Shown here one piece after another: positions 44,982 through 56,116 of a stretch of 64,000 bases of DNA (its first letter is position 1; every line of letters begins with the position of its first letter). The notes under the pieces were generated by a model that was given only the letters and a program-made list of their open reading frames with translations, had not been told where the DNA came from and ran no database searches. The stretch is from Macrostomum lignano. Taxonomy: Eukaryota. The translations under genes and the position numbers were made by a program. The stretch is from assembly GCA_002269645.1 (NCBI GenBank), contig NIVC01003609.1, forward strand, positions 24,115 to 88,114, given 5' to 3'.

Positions 44982-46379
44982 ATGGACAGTGAGCAATCTG
45001 AACAGCAGTTAGGCACTTCTACTAGCTTAGTTACAATGCCCTCAGCGGTACAAACAGACACGGCTGCAAGATCTCTATTCTCCATAACTGAACCTTCAAT
45101 GCAACCAGCGGCATTGAATAATCTGTTAGTGCAGATGCGCAAGCCGCTCAGGGCCGGTTTAGTACAGTTTAGTCGCGACATGCTTCGACGAATGAAGCGG
45201 CTGAGGAAGAAACGCGGCTCAGAGGCTGAGGTAGCTAGAAATGCTGTACGCGCCGACCGGCTATTAGCTCAGGTTCGCCTAATTCGTCGTTGGACTCAGC
45301 AGAGTCTGTGCAAAGCTCTGCTAGGACATGAGACTCCCCTATCAGATGCCCTGGCAGCGGCGCCCGGCTGTCTGACAATGGAACAGCTGGCCTTGGCTCG
45401 CCTAGCTGACACTAAACCTATTCGCCAATTCGTTGATAATTTCCGATCGAATCACTCAGATTGGCGCGATTTGGTCTATTTTATGCAGTATAAAAACACC
45501 GGCGGCCGATGGAAAAAGAAACAACCGATAAAGCCCAGGGCGCCTAACGAACTGTTAGCAAAGTCTGTTAATGATATCGCCTCGAGAGCTGGTCCAGATG
45601 AGGATAGCGTAGATGATAATGATGGAGATGCTGACGAGGATGGTCAAGATGAAGAAGAAGCTGAACGCAGACGTCGGCTTGAATCTGTGCTGCTCGAGTT
45701 TCGCAAGGAGACAGCTGGCGAGCGAAGTCTTGGCGTAGCCATGGGAGCCGATTTTGCGGTTCCTGTTGAGTCCGCTAAGCCAGTTGCGAAAGAAGCCAAG
45801 TCAGTTTCTAAGGCCCCAAAGTCAGTTAGTAAGGACGCAAAAGCAGTATCTAAAGATGCAAATTCGGTTGCTAAGGACGCAACTTCTGTAGCTAAAGACT
45901 CGCAGACAACTACAAAGGACGCTAAGGCAGTTGCTAAGAAAACAAATCCGGTCGCTAAGGACGCAAAATCGGTTGCCAAAGTATCAAAGTCATTAATAAA
46001 AGTTAAGAAAGCAAAGACGAATGTTTTTAACACAAGCGACAACGCTCTTGATAATGGAAGCGACAACGACGCACAAAATGACGACGGCTGGTCGGATTTG
46101 TTCGCTACAGACGTGCCGCCGACGGAAATGAAGCGTGGACTGCATCGGAATCGGCGCATCACGACGGACGGTCAGGACTTGTCGATTGCGCCACGACACG
46201 GCGAACGACAATCGCGTAAGCGACGCCGCGACGTTCAAGCGCAGGAGAGGCGAGTTAAGCAGGCCGCAGTGGAGGCTGAGCAGCTTCATCCATCTTGGCA
46301 GGCCAAGCGGCAGCAGAAGGCTCGATTGGCTGCAGTCGCGGCGGCAGCTCCAGCCCACGTTGTCTTCGATGACGATTGA
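44982..46379 (+). CDS. SRFBP1: Serum response factor-binding protein 1 / BUD22-like, intronless, 465 aa
   Basis: N-terminal LNNLLVQMRK..KRLRKKRGSEAEVARNAVRADRLL and C-terminal LHPSWQAKRQQK..VVFDDD match the conserved ends of the SRFBP1/Bud22 family. Confidence 0.85.
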   Translation: MDSEQSEQQLGTSTSLVTMPSAVQTDTAARSLFSITEPSMQPAALNNLLVQMRKPLRAGLVQFSRDMLRRMKRLRKKRGSEAEVARNAVRADRLLAQVRLIRRWTQQSLCKALLGHETPLSDALAAAPGCLTMEQLALARLADTKPIRQFVDNFRSNHSDWRDLVYFMQYKNTGGRWKKKQPIKPRAPNELLAKSVNDIASRAGPDEDSVDDNDGDADEDGQDEEEAERRRRLESVLLEFRKETAGERSLGVAMGADFAVPVESAKPVAKEAKSVSKAPKSVSKDAKAVSKDANSVAKDATSVAKDSQTTTKDAKAVAKKTNPVAKDAKSVAKVSKSLIKVKKAKTNVFNTSDNALDNGSDNDAQNDDGWSDLFATDVPPTEMKRGLHRNRRITTDGQDLSIAPRHGERQSRKRRRDVQAQERRVKQAAVEAEQLHPSWQAKRQQKARLAAVAAAAPAHVVFDDD

Positions 46380-48106
46380 GGACGCCAAGCGCTGAGAATG
46401 AAATTCTTTCTAACTCCATTTTTTTGCAAAACAAGTCTTGGCTTGTTAGTGGGAGTCAAAAGCTGGTTGCTAAGATCAGAAACGCTCTGCTAGGGTTGTG
46501 AAGTTGATATTTTCTATGATTGTCAAAATCGGTTGTTAAGGACGCTAATCTAGAGGTGCAGACACGTTGCCAATGATCCTAAATCGGTTGCTATGGTCGC
46601 TAATCTAGGGGTGCAGACACGTTGCCAATCATTCATAATTGGTTGCTATGGACGCAAATCTAACTGTGCGAAATATGACTAAATATCGGTTGCTAAGATC
46701 TCGACAATGGTTGCTATGGGCCCAATGTTTGTTCTTTAAAATAAAAAGCGTCCTTTTCATTTGAATAAAAAATGGTTACTAAATAATTTCAGACTGGTGT
46801 AATAATGGTTTGAAAATTTGTAGGTGAAATATTTTTATGATAATGACAGCATTATATTTTGTTGAGCGATTCGCCTCACAATTCATTGTATTTATTGCCA
46901 TTCTGTTTTCTCAAATGTAATAAATAAATAATGAAACAAAGCTGCCAGGCTTTAATCGGAGGAAAAGGAAAAATTGATTGTTTAATTGTGAAATGCAAAA
47001 TATATGCCTTTCAGTATTTGATGTGTCAAAATTATTTTTGGCAATTGATTTAAGTGAATTTTCGGCATTTATTCACTTTTAAATGTATGAATAGATTCTA
47101 ATGGCACAAGTAAACAATTGTTATTTTTGTACTGTATATTTACCATACAAACTACGTAGACGAAAATATCATCGCGAAACGGCCTTTTATTCTGTAGAAA
47201 TTACAAATAAAAAAATTTGAGTCTTTGGGGTTACATTTGCGTTACGCACTACTTCTGTGATGTGAAGCAGTAGTTTGGCATGCATGAAACGGCCTGTATT
47301 CGAATTTAGAAAGTGTCGTTTCCTTTTTTAGTTTTAGATTAGTAGTAGTATAATGAAAAATTGACAAAAAAACACTACTGTAATAGGTAATGGAATGACG
47401 CTTATCGCTTGTGTTTTCGTGAAATATGCAGATATAACAAATGTGCCACAGAGCTCGCACATAGACTACTGTTAAGTAGCTAATACGCGTATTGCAAGAA
47501 AAATGAGAAATTTCAGTGGAATAATCAGCATTGCGCTTTTGCTGAAAAAATTTACATTAATCTTACCTGGACTTTGAATTCGAAATAATTAGACACATGC
47601 ATGTCCATGGTGGATTCAAGGACCACTGTATAAACAGGATCAAAACAAAACTCCAAGATCATGGATTTTTAAGGCTAATTTACTGAAAAAATACACTACA
47701 GAGATGGAAGAAATAATTTGATTGCATTTTATCTGGGGCCATTCTTTTAATTTAGCATGCACTGCACAACATACTACTCTGTTGTAGTAGTAGTGAAAGT
47801 AGTAGTTAAAGTTTCATTTTCATATTAAATTATTTTTCATTAATTTCAATGCGTGTTAGTTACATACTACATACATACACACAGTTAGTGCATAGAACTT
47901 TAGTTTGCATACAAATTAGATTTTTTGCTATCTCCGCAGTGTATTTTTTCCCTGAAAATTGGTCTCCAAAATGTTTATATACGATCTTCAAGTTTTACGT
48001 CCTGCTATACTTGGGTGGTCCTTGGGTGCATTCACTGCTGAGTGTGGTTAATCTTGTTGAAACATGTACACCTCACTTATCTGGGTGTGGGGTGTTTCCA
48101 AAGTCA

Positions 48107-51100
48107 TTACACTACCGCTGTCGCTGCCGCTTGGACTCGTTCGACATCTGCTCGGTCTTCTAGCACAGTCTGGGTGGACTTGCGCTTCAGCGCAGCGTTG
48201 AATTGGACAATGTAGTGCGACCTGTGCTGTCTTAGACCCGGGTTGTTGGCCAGAGTCAGCGCCAGGAACCAGCGGGTTCGAGAGCGTTTGCGCGCCACTG
48301 GAAGTTGAAAAAAGAAGATACATGTACATGATGTACTTTTCTACGCTCGTATTTTGAAGTTTGTGTCGTGCAGTGTCTTCAAATGCCTGGTTTCTCTTCT
48401 TTGCTTCATGTCGTAAAATGTTTTTATGTTATTTATTTTAAAGTTCTTCACGTACTAGTGCTTACAGGTAGGTGTAATCGGTTTGTATTTTCTAGTTTTT
48501 GCATTAAGTCGATCTATATTTTGAAGTTTTCTATGAGCGTGGTAACATTGTAATAGTTGTCTGGTAGCCTCCATTTTGTTTTGTGGTAGCCTCCACCTCC
48601 AAGTGTGGTAGCCCCCATCTTTACATGTATGTGTGATAGGCACCATCTTTGTATGGTGGATAGCCTCAATTTGTGTGGTAGCCTCAATCTTTATGTGTGG
48701 TAGCCTCAATTCTTATGTGTGGTAGCCTCAATTTCTGTGTGTGGTAGCCTCAATTTCTGTGTGTGGTAGCCTCAATTTCTATGTGTGGTAGCCTCAATTT
48801 TTGTGTGTGGTAGCCTCAATCTTTATGTGTGGTAGCCTCAATCTTTATGTGTGGTAGTCTCCATCTTTATGTGTAGTTAGTCTCAATCTTTATGTGTGGT
48901 AGCCTTTATCTTTGTATTGTGGTACATGTATAGCCTATATCTTGGTGTTGGAGCCCTTATCTTTGTAGTATGCTATGTTTAGCCTCGTACAGTGTTAACG
49001 TGGATTTGACCAAATTCATCTTGATTGAGATAGTAATTGATAGTAAGCAGTAATTATCCAATATCAATCTCTGAAATATCCCGATCCGATCTCACTAACT
49101 TGAGCTCTGCCTCTGCAGCCTCTCGGAGATGACTGAATCCATCGCCAGCAGCTCCGCTTGCGATGGCGAACGCGCGTGCAGGTGTTTAGCATCTTGTAGT
49201 ACGGCCACGGATTGTAGTTGTAAGCCGGCCGTCTCCATGGCAACGTTGCCTCTGTTTCGCTGCTTCTGCTTGGAGAATGGATTCGTCTCGAATCGTTCCC
49301 GACCGTGCACAGCCTCTTGGACTATGTTGATGAAGGAGCGCATCACCGGATTGGTGTGCGCATTCTCAACGTAGAGCAGGCCTACGTAAGCAAAGTAGCC
49401 TGCGGGAGAGAGGCGAGGGATGACCTGTTTAATAGCGCGTTTCAGGCACTGTGCATCGCATTCAGCACCTGGTCCGTCTTTCAGCAAGATTTTGTGCTCT
49501 TCCAGGTGTGTGGTGTGTTGTTCAAATGTTAATCAATGCTCTGAACTTGTCTTCCAGGTGTGTGGTGTGTTGTTCAAATGTTAATCAATGCTCTGAACTT
49601 GTCTTCCAGGTGTGTGGTGTGTTGTTCAAATGTTAAGCAATGCTCTGAACTTGTCTTCCAGGTGTGTGGTGTGTTGTTCAAATGTTAACCAATGCTCTGA
49701 ACTTGTCTTCCAGGTGTGTGGTGTGTTGTTCAAATGTTAACCAATGCTCTGAACTTGTCTTCCAGGTGTGTGGTGTGTTGTTCAAATGTTAACCAATGCT
49801 CTGAACTTGTCTTCTAGGTGCGTGGTGTGTTGTTCAAATGTTTTTGTGTTTTTCGCTGCAATTTTAATGTTTTTGACCTACTCTAAGGATAGTCGTTTAT
49901 ATTTAGGTATAAGAAATAGATTTGCACCTGTATTCCAGATGTGTCTTTTGGCGTATTTGTTGTTGCTTTTCGTTATATAAACTATAATTATTGTGCATTT
50001 GTCGTAAGCTAAACGATATTCAGCCACAGTATTTTTGCGTGCGTTGTTGGTCAGGTGGATGTTGGTTGATTAAAAATCATGTATCATTTGTATACGCGTC
50101 CTTTGATTACGCGTTATTTGATTAAGCTGACAAACCTTCGTCAAACACTTGGAATCTCTTGGGAAAGTGGCACCAATCCAGTCTACTGAAGAAGCAAACG
50201 TTGAAGACAAGCGATTTCAGCAAGCGCAGTGTGGCAGTCAGCAGGCCCCAGAACACGTTGAAATAGAACATGAAGTAGGCCCAGTTGAAGTACAGGTGCC
50301 TGGAATTCAGTAGTTTTGTGTTGTCTGGATGCAGTAGAGCATACTGGGGGCCATATAGCTCTCATGCGCCAGCGGCCCAGGCTCGATTTCAAGTGCAGTC
50401 GCATTAATTCGGGGCTGAATTGGAATCTCGGCTTGGCTTTGCTCGGGCAATTAACGAGCATTGAGAGCCAACCCCCCAAGGCACAATGAAGTGTACATTT
50501 CTAACGATGTATAAAGTTAGGGCCGCTGTACACTCCTGTGTGAGTGTGTGCCTGCGCGTATGACTGCGTACAGTATTGCCTTAGTAGTGGCTGTGGCAGC
50601 GCCAGGGATGCCCTTATTATTATTAAGGGGACCTGGAGGCGTCAACTTAAGAGGGTAGAATGGGAAGGAAATCATCTCGTCTCTTGACGATGAATACCGT
50701 ACTTTCACGAGTTACATACATGTAACTAACCTGTTTTTCACAGCAATATTTCCATTAGTTGACTGCGAGGAGTTGAACACGAATCTGACAAGCAGGAATT
50801 GGACCAGAAGTACGGTAGCACTGATCACTGTTAGCGGCCTGTCAAGGTATAAATTTCAAGGTGCAGTGGGCAGTGTTAGTATAGCTCTTCTCAATCAGCT
50901 AGTTTTTTAAATAAATCATATTTGTCTATTGCGCTACCAATATTTCTATCCATCGTTTCTTTCGTTAACAAAACATTAATTTCTTAGAAATGACAAGTGT
51001 CCCGTCTTGCAAATACAAACTTACCAATAGTACTCCATGAACTCCAGAAACCAAGATCTAAGACCCGCATTGATTGGGTCAAACAGAACCATCGAGACGA

Positions 51101-51832
51101 ATAGCAGTACAGTCATTAGTAGCACCAGCTGCATAATTATGCCTGCAATTTTTATGCGTGTTGCAATTTATGCAGCTTAAATTTCACACTATATTCATCT
51201 AGGAGAGATTTTTTTTTACTTTTTTATCAGTGGCATGACTCTTCATCACCCTACTCTCCTTCCACAACATTCTACCCCCATCTCACTCTCCTCACCCCAC
51301 TCTCCTCCCCACCCCACCTCCCTTCCAATCCTCCCCACCCCACTCCACCCCACTCTCCTCCCCATCCTACTTTCCTTCTCACCCCACTCCCCACTCCGCC
51401 CACTCTCCTCCCAACCCTCTCCTCCCCACCCCACAGTCACTCACCAATGCCGGTGAATGAAATTTGATAGCCGCCGTAGCGTATATTGCTCAGCTGAAGA
51501 GTTGAAACACAATTAAATTTTATCACTCGCCTGCAGTACTTATAAATAAGTAAATAAAAGTATTCACAATTTCAATGTAGGTGTTTTTAAACGCTTACAA
51601 TAAGATAAGTTGGCTGCGTTGTTTGTTCTTTCCTAGTTGGAAATCCCGTATAGTTTCCCTTGTACATCTTCAGTATGTTCGATCTGAAATGTCAAATTCA
51701 CTTGTCAATCAGCGACTTCACGAGCTTGAAGAAATAAATGAGCACCTGAGACTTGCCTGTAGCTTAGGATCATGAGCACAACATTGAAAATGCTGAGAAC
51801 AATTACAACAGACACGCTGATGGCGAAACAAA
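48107..51832 (-). CDS. STRA6: STRA6/RBPR2-like multipass membrane receptor, 3' part (8 exons; 5' part beyond the Polinton)
   Basis: Minus-strand exons 51832-51757, 51683-51599, 51493-51445, 51142-51025, 50838-50731, 50299-50136, 49399-49100, 48297-48107, all in phase; one GC-AG intron. Motifs: YRSNILKMYKG, RYGGYQ, YWPLT, KNRHLYF..FYFNVFWG..RLD..DEGYFAYVGLLYVENAHTNPV, RTRWFLALTLANNPGL. Confidence 0.88.
48560..48960. repeat. About 23-bp minisatellite (tgtgtggtagcctcaatcttta), intronic
   Basis: Direct reading. Confidence 0.88.
49501..49840. repeat. 52-bp tandem repeat, about 6 copies, intronic
   Basis: Period 52 (tccaggtgtgtggtgtgttgttcaaatgttaa..ctgaacttgtct). Confidence 0.93.
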
Positions 51833-51974
51833 CTGAAATTCAAATTAGGAAGTTCGCTTTTATCAATTGACCTGATTGAATGATTACAATGAATTATTCC
51901 TTTGTCGGTATATGTTTCACCTGGTTGGAGGTTAATTATCTGCCAACCCATAATTGCGATGCGTGTTTTACCTG

Positions 51975-52400
51975 AGTAGAAGGCATGAGGGGGCTTCTGG
52001 GACAAAATTTTTCACCTCCTCCATAATCCCATTAAATCCATCCATATTATCCCTGACAGAATCAGAAAAAAAGGGGGGTCGCACCTGCTCCAAAAACGTC
52101 CTCCATAATCCCATTAAATCCATCCATATTATCCCTGACAGAATCAGAAAAAAAGGGGGGTCGCACTCGCTCACAAAACGTCCTCCATAATTCCATTAAA
52201 TCCATCCATATTATCCCTGACAGAATCAGAGCATTATCCCTGACAGAATCAGAGCATAACAGTAGGACACCTGTTATGCTCACTGACACAGACATAATCC
52301 ACTGACATCCATCCATAGCATCTTCGAAACAATCAGAAAAAAATATGCATTCTTCTCCCCACATTCAATTCGCAACATGAAACCAGATCCCTAAAACTTT
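51975..52400. repeat. Putative left terminal inverted repeat with internal 82-bp tandem units
   Basis: Units start at 52018, 52100 and 52182. TIR status is inferred because the partner end is outside the window. Confidence 0.6.
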
Positions 52401-52455
52401 AAACCCCCTAACCCAGGGTCCTTACCCTTTGAAAAAAATTAAATTTTCAATAAAA

Positions 52456-52695
52456 ATGTTTCCAGTTGTCTCTCCAGGTTCTTATTACAAAACGCACGAG
52501 CCTAATTACAAGAGCAAGTACCGATGCAAACTTGAATGCAGCGAGTACATGAGAAAATATTGGCCCGACGTTGATATCAATGTCCCTAATATTAATCAAG
52601 CTCTCCAAAGACATTGGTTTCATAAGTATGGAGTAACCTATGTAAAAGATTATGACAGCTACTATAACTTTGCAGAAATCATTAGGCAATTGTGA
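52456..52695 (+). CDS. Small orphan ORF of the element (79 aa)
   Basis: ATG in the same aaaaATG context as the other element genes; non-repetitive; convergent with the minor capsid gene. Confidence 0.55.
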   Translation: MFPVVSPGSYYKTHEPNYKSKYRCKLECSEYMRKYWPDVDINVPNINQALQRHWFHKYGVTYVKDYDSYYNFAEIIRQL

Positions 52696-52699
52696 TTTC

Positions 52700-53563
52700 T
52701 CACATTCTCTCAATGATTAACGTCAATACAAACTCTTCCCCATTAAAATCAACGCCCATCCCATCTTCAGTCTCAAACTGAAGCACAATCTCGTGAATCT
52801 CCTTATTACTCAATACAACTCTTTTCACTGGATTTGGTTTCTCTACCACCATCTGTCCTCCAGCTACAGAGTTGGAGATGTTGTACAAAATATTAGTTCG
52901 CTTTCCCTTAAATACCCAATCAAGACTGAGATTAGTTCTGATTAGAATATTCAAACCCTTTACAATGTCTGCTATATTGGGTGCTAAGAACAAACCGCGT
53001 ACACTTTCCCGGGCCATGCTAACGGCCCCCGATGCTTGAGTGACAGTCCGCACTGTGGATTCTGCCTTATAAACTTTCTTCACGAATCCCAATTCCCTAT
53101 ACCAAGTGTCATCTTTAAACTCAACCTCCGCATCTTTGTGAACTTGCATGACCACTCTCATTACAGTGAGATCATAGGTTAGTTTAACAGGGAACAGTTT
53201 CTTCTCTGGCTTACTCATATCAGGTGTCTCAAAATGGCCTCTTTTAGTAAAGACGTTTTCTAGAAAGTAATTGTAGGTATCCACACTTTGCGTGCTCACA
53301 GGGAATACCACAGGTTCTGCTGCTGCACCTTTCCATTTGTAATAAAACTTATTATTTGCTGCCGTCACATTGGGAACGTTTGACCAACCAGTGAAGTCGT
53401 TAAGATAGACATGGTAATTAGCACCTGGATCCAGGCTAATCGCCTGCTCTAATTTTTGAACAAATATCCCGTTTGAGTCATTAATCCGCCCAGTTATTGT
53501 AATAGGAATGCTCTCCTTGGAGTGCGAAATAATATTGTTTAGTCTTTCGGCTATAGCTTCCAT
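52700..53563 (-). CDS. Minor capsid protein (penton, single jelly-roll), 287 aa
   Basis: FVQKLEQAISLD..YHVYL..NVPNV..NNKF N-terminus and EKPNP..V.LSNKEIHEIVLQFETEDGMGVDFNGEEFVLTLII C-terminus, typical of Polinton pentons; adjacent to the MCP. Confidence 0.85.
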   Translation of the reverse strand: MEAIAERLNNIISHSKESIPITITGRINDSNGIFVQKLEQAISLDPGANYHVYLNDFTGWSNVPNVTAANNKFYYKWKGAAAEPVVFPVSTQSVDTYNYFLENVFTKRGHFETPDMSKPEKKLFPVKLTYDLTVMRVVMQVHKDAEVEFKDDTWYRELGFVKKVYKAESTVRTVTQASGAVSMARESVRGLFLAPNIADIVKGLNILIRTNLSLDWVFKGKRTNILYNISNSVAGGQMVVEKPNPVKRVVLSNKEIHEIVLQFETEDGMGVDFNGEEFVLTLIIERM

Positions 53564-53587
53564 TTTTTTCACCCACAAAAAAAATAT

Positions 53588-54874
53588 TTAAACTTTACTG
53601 GATGAATTGTTGATCATGTTAAGCTTCACCTTCCTCTCAAATGCATAGATAATGTACAAGTCCACGGGTGTTGCGACAGTCCTCTCAATGTTGGTCACGA
53701 TATTCACAGGGCTGTTATCAGTAGGCATTTGTCTGGCAGACACATCAGCGCCAAACATTGGATATAGAGTTCCATATTGAAGAGCAGTGATAGCAATTCC
53801 ATTGTTCTCTTTCACAGCCAAGTCGACCAACTCGCTATAAAATTTGCTAATCTTGTTCTGACTGAAATCTCCATTTTGTGGCAGTGCAGGGTAAAGATTA
53901 TCACTGATTTCATGCTGAATGGACCGCACGTCACCATGCATGTAGCGTATAATGCTATTTGGGTTTCTCATGTTAATAATAATATACCTTGGATTGCTGC
54001 ATGATCCCTCTTTAATGCAGATGTTTGTTCTAGTTTCGTTTCGCTCATCTCGACACATGTAGGCTGTGTATGCAACATCAATGTCCTTCTCTATTGCCTT
54101 AAGATAGTCTGCTTTTAGTGCAGTCTTTGGCTCAATGACTTCCAAATACAGCTCGATTCCGGTTAGCTTCACCTCCATCCTTGTGTGGTCCGCCCCAGTC
54201 CACAACACTCTACTGCGATCATCTCTAGTCATCCTAAATGTGTAGCTAAAGTTACTAGTCAGTCGATTAAATGTATTACAGAATCCACTCATGAATCTCA
54301 ATGGTACAAATACATCAACAGACCGATACAGCGGGTTTTTAGCAGCATCATCAGCACCTTGCAAAGCATAGTTGTATCTCTTCTTCCTATTTTTATAGCC
54401 ACTGTCATTGATATCTCCTTCTTTTTCGTCTGCAATAAAACCTGCACCACTTCCCAACTGAATAAAATCAGGATTCTCGATCAAACAATGAGCGTCATAG
54501 ACAATTCCAAAGTTGGCGATTCGCTCCAACTCAGTGCTCCCATTCGATACACTAAACTCCTTGAACATGTACGCCCAAAAGTTACTGATCAGAGCCACAT
54601 CCGCATCATGCTTGTCAACGTTAGCACGAGCCGCATCCGCACCACCTTTTGTCTTGAATTGAAATGTCATATGGAAGCCGCTCTTAAGACTGTGCACACT
54701 AACCAGAGACGAACATCCATTGTATGTAAATGTCAGTGTTTGACCTGGACCCAAATTAGTTTCATTCTGGTTCTCGTGACTCGGAACTCTAACTTGTGTC
54801 GCTTTGATTGTGCTATCATCACTCAAAATAGGCTTGTTAATTTTGTAGAAAACTGGTGTCAGTGGGTCGTTCAT
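53588..54874 (-). CDS. Major capsid protein (double jelly-roll, Polinton PY-like), 428 aa
   Basis: Intact ORF; motif pattern GYKNRK..VFVPLRFMSGF..RMTR..NPRYIII..NLYP..DFSQN..FY..YPMFGADVS resembles Polinton MCPs. Confidence 0.85.
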   Translation of the reverse strand: MNDPLTPVFYKINKPILSDDSTIKATQVRVPSHENQNETNLGPGQTLTFTYNGCSSLVSVHSLKSGFHMTFQFKTKGGADAARANVDKHDADVALISNFWAYMFKEFSVSNGSTELERIANFGIVYDAHCLIENPDFIQLGSGAGFIADEKEGDINDSGYKNRKKRYNYALQGADDAAKNPLYRSVDVFVPLRFMSGFCNTFNRLTSNFSYTFRMTRDDRSRVLWTGADHTRMEVKLTGIELYLEVIEPKTALKADYLKAIEKDIDVAYTAYMCRDERNETRTNICIKEGSCSNPRYIIINMRNPNSIIRYMHGDVRSIQHEISDNLYPALPQNGDFSQNKISKFYSELVDLAVKENNGIAITALQYGTLYPMFGADVSARQMPTDNSPVNIVTNIERTVATPVDLYIIYAFERKVKLNMINNSSSKV

Positions 54875-54904
54875 TTTTTAACTAAAAATAAAATAAAATA
54901 AGAA

Positions 54905-56100
54905 ATGAAGCGGAAAAGTACACAGCAGATATCTGAATTGGAGAAGCTAGCACAAGCAGAGAAACGAGTTACCGGGCTAATAAATAAGGAGCAACAATCC
55001 TACAATGAGTTTGTCCAAGCAGCCACAGAGTTTCATAAACCCGGGTATGGAGAAGCTAAGAAAAATATTGATCAGGTCAAAGAAACTATCGACGACATAC
55101 AGGAAACCCAAGTGCAAAAGGTTTTGGGCAAAATTCCAGAAGCACCACAGATACAGCCGCAACCACAACAACCACAACCACATCAATCACAACTAAAAGT
55201 GACAGATAACATTTTTGGACCAGTAGAGCGTGTCGAACATGATGGGAAATATGTATTTGGAATAAGTATGTGGAGAAGAAACATTTATAATGAACCAGTG
55301 GAATATTATATCGACATAAATAAGAAACATATTTCTGTTGTCAAAGGCTCGGAAACTAAGAGCATTCCTTTCACAGAAACCTTACTGACTTTTATGACCA
55401 AGAACCAAGAGAGAATCTCGGACAAACAGCTAAAGAACTATAGAGATCTAGTGACTTTTGCTCTTGCTAGAGATATAGCAATACTAAAGGCCCAGAAGTC
55501 CTGAGACTTATGTATGATAACGGTGTCAACCTGACTAGATTCAAAAAGTACAATCACTTTAAACAATGGTTCGATTTGCCAGATCAGGCGGAAGTCATAA
55601 AATATCTAGAACAACAACAACAACAGCAACAACAACCACAACCACAGCAGCAGCAACATTTCACAGAAGTACTCAGGCAACTGGAAAATGCAGATCCGAC
55701 TCAAGTAGCTGAATATAAGAAACAAAACCCAACAGATTGGCAACACTTAGAACAACACTCTCCAGATCGAATGAACAGAATCAAGCAAAGAGTTTTCACA
55801 CCTCAACAAAGACAGGCACCACATGACAGTTCCGTCTCTGAAAGTGAGCAGTCTTTTGCATCACCTCCCCAGCAGCCACAAGCCCAACCAACTCCACAAC
55901 CTCAAGACCAACCGCCCTCAACTGGAAAAGGCATGCCTGAATTCTACAAGCGGTTAGCTGTTCTTCTAGGAGCGGCAAAGACCGGAATGAAAGACGAGAA
56001 TAGAAAAGAATTTGTCAACATCCTGGACAAAATGCTTGAGAGAAAATATATCGATAAAAGAGCAAGAGAACTTTTGCTTTCACGGTTTAACAAAAAATAA
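54905..56100 (+). CDS. Conserved Polinton core ORF (PZ-like), split by one frameshift near 55470
   Basis: ORFs 54905-55504 and 55510-56100 join if a ga dinucleotide is removed (..ARYSNTKGPEVLRLMY..). C-terminus GKG..KRLAVLLGAAKTG..E..NILDKMLERKYI matches the conserved Polinton tail motif as I recall it. Confidence 0.65.
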
Positions 56101-56116
56101 ATTTCTATTTAAAAAG

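Noticed and set aside
45644-46395. Antisense and alternate-frame ORFs overlapping SRFBP1
   Set aside because: Shadow ORFs of a GC-rich coding region with no independent support.
50344-50632. Extra STRA6-like exon or longer 5' extension of the 50299 exon
   Set aside because: In-frame stops occur, and homology is satisfied by direct splicing 50731 to 50299 (KNR|HLYF).
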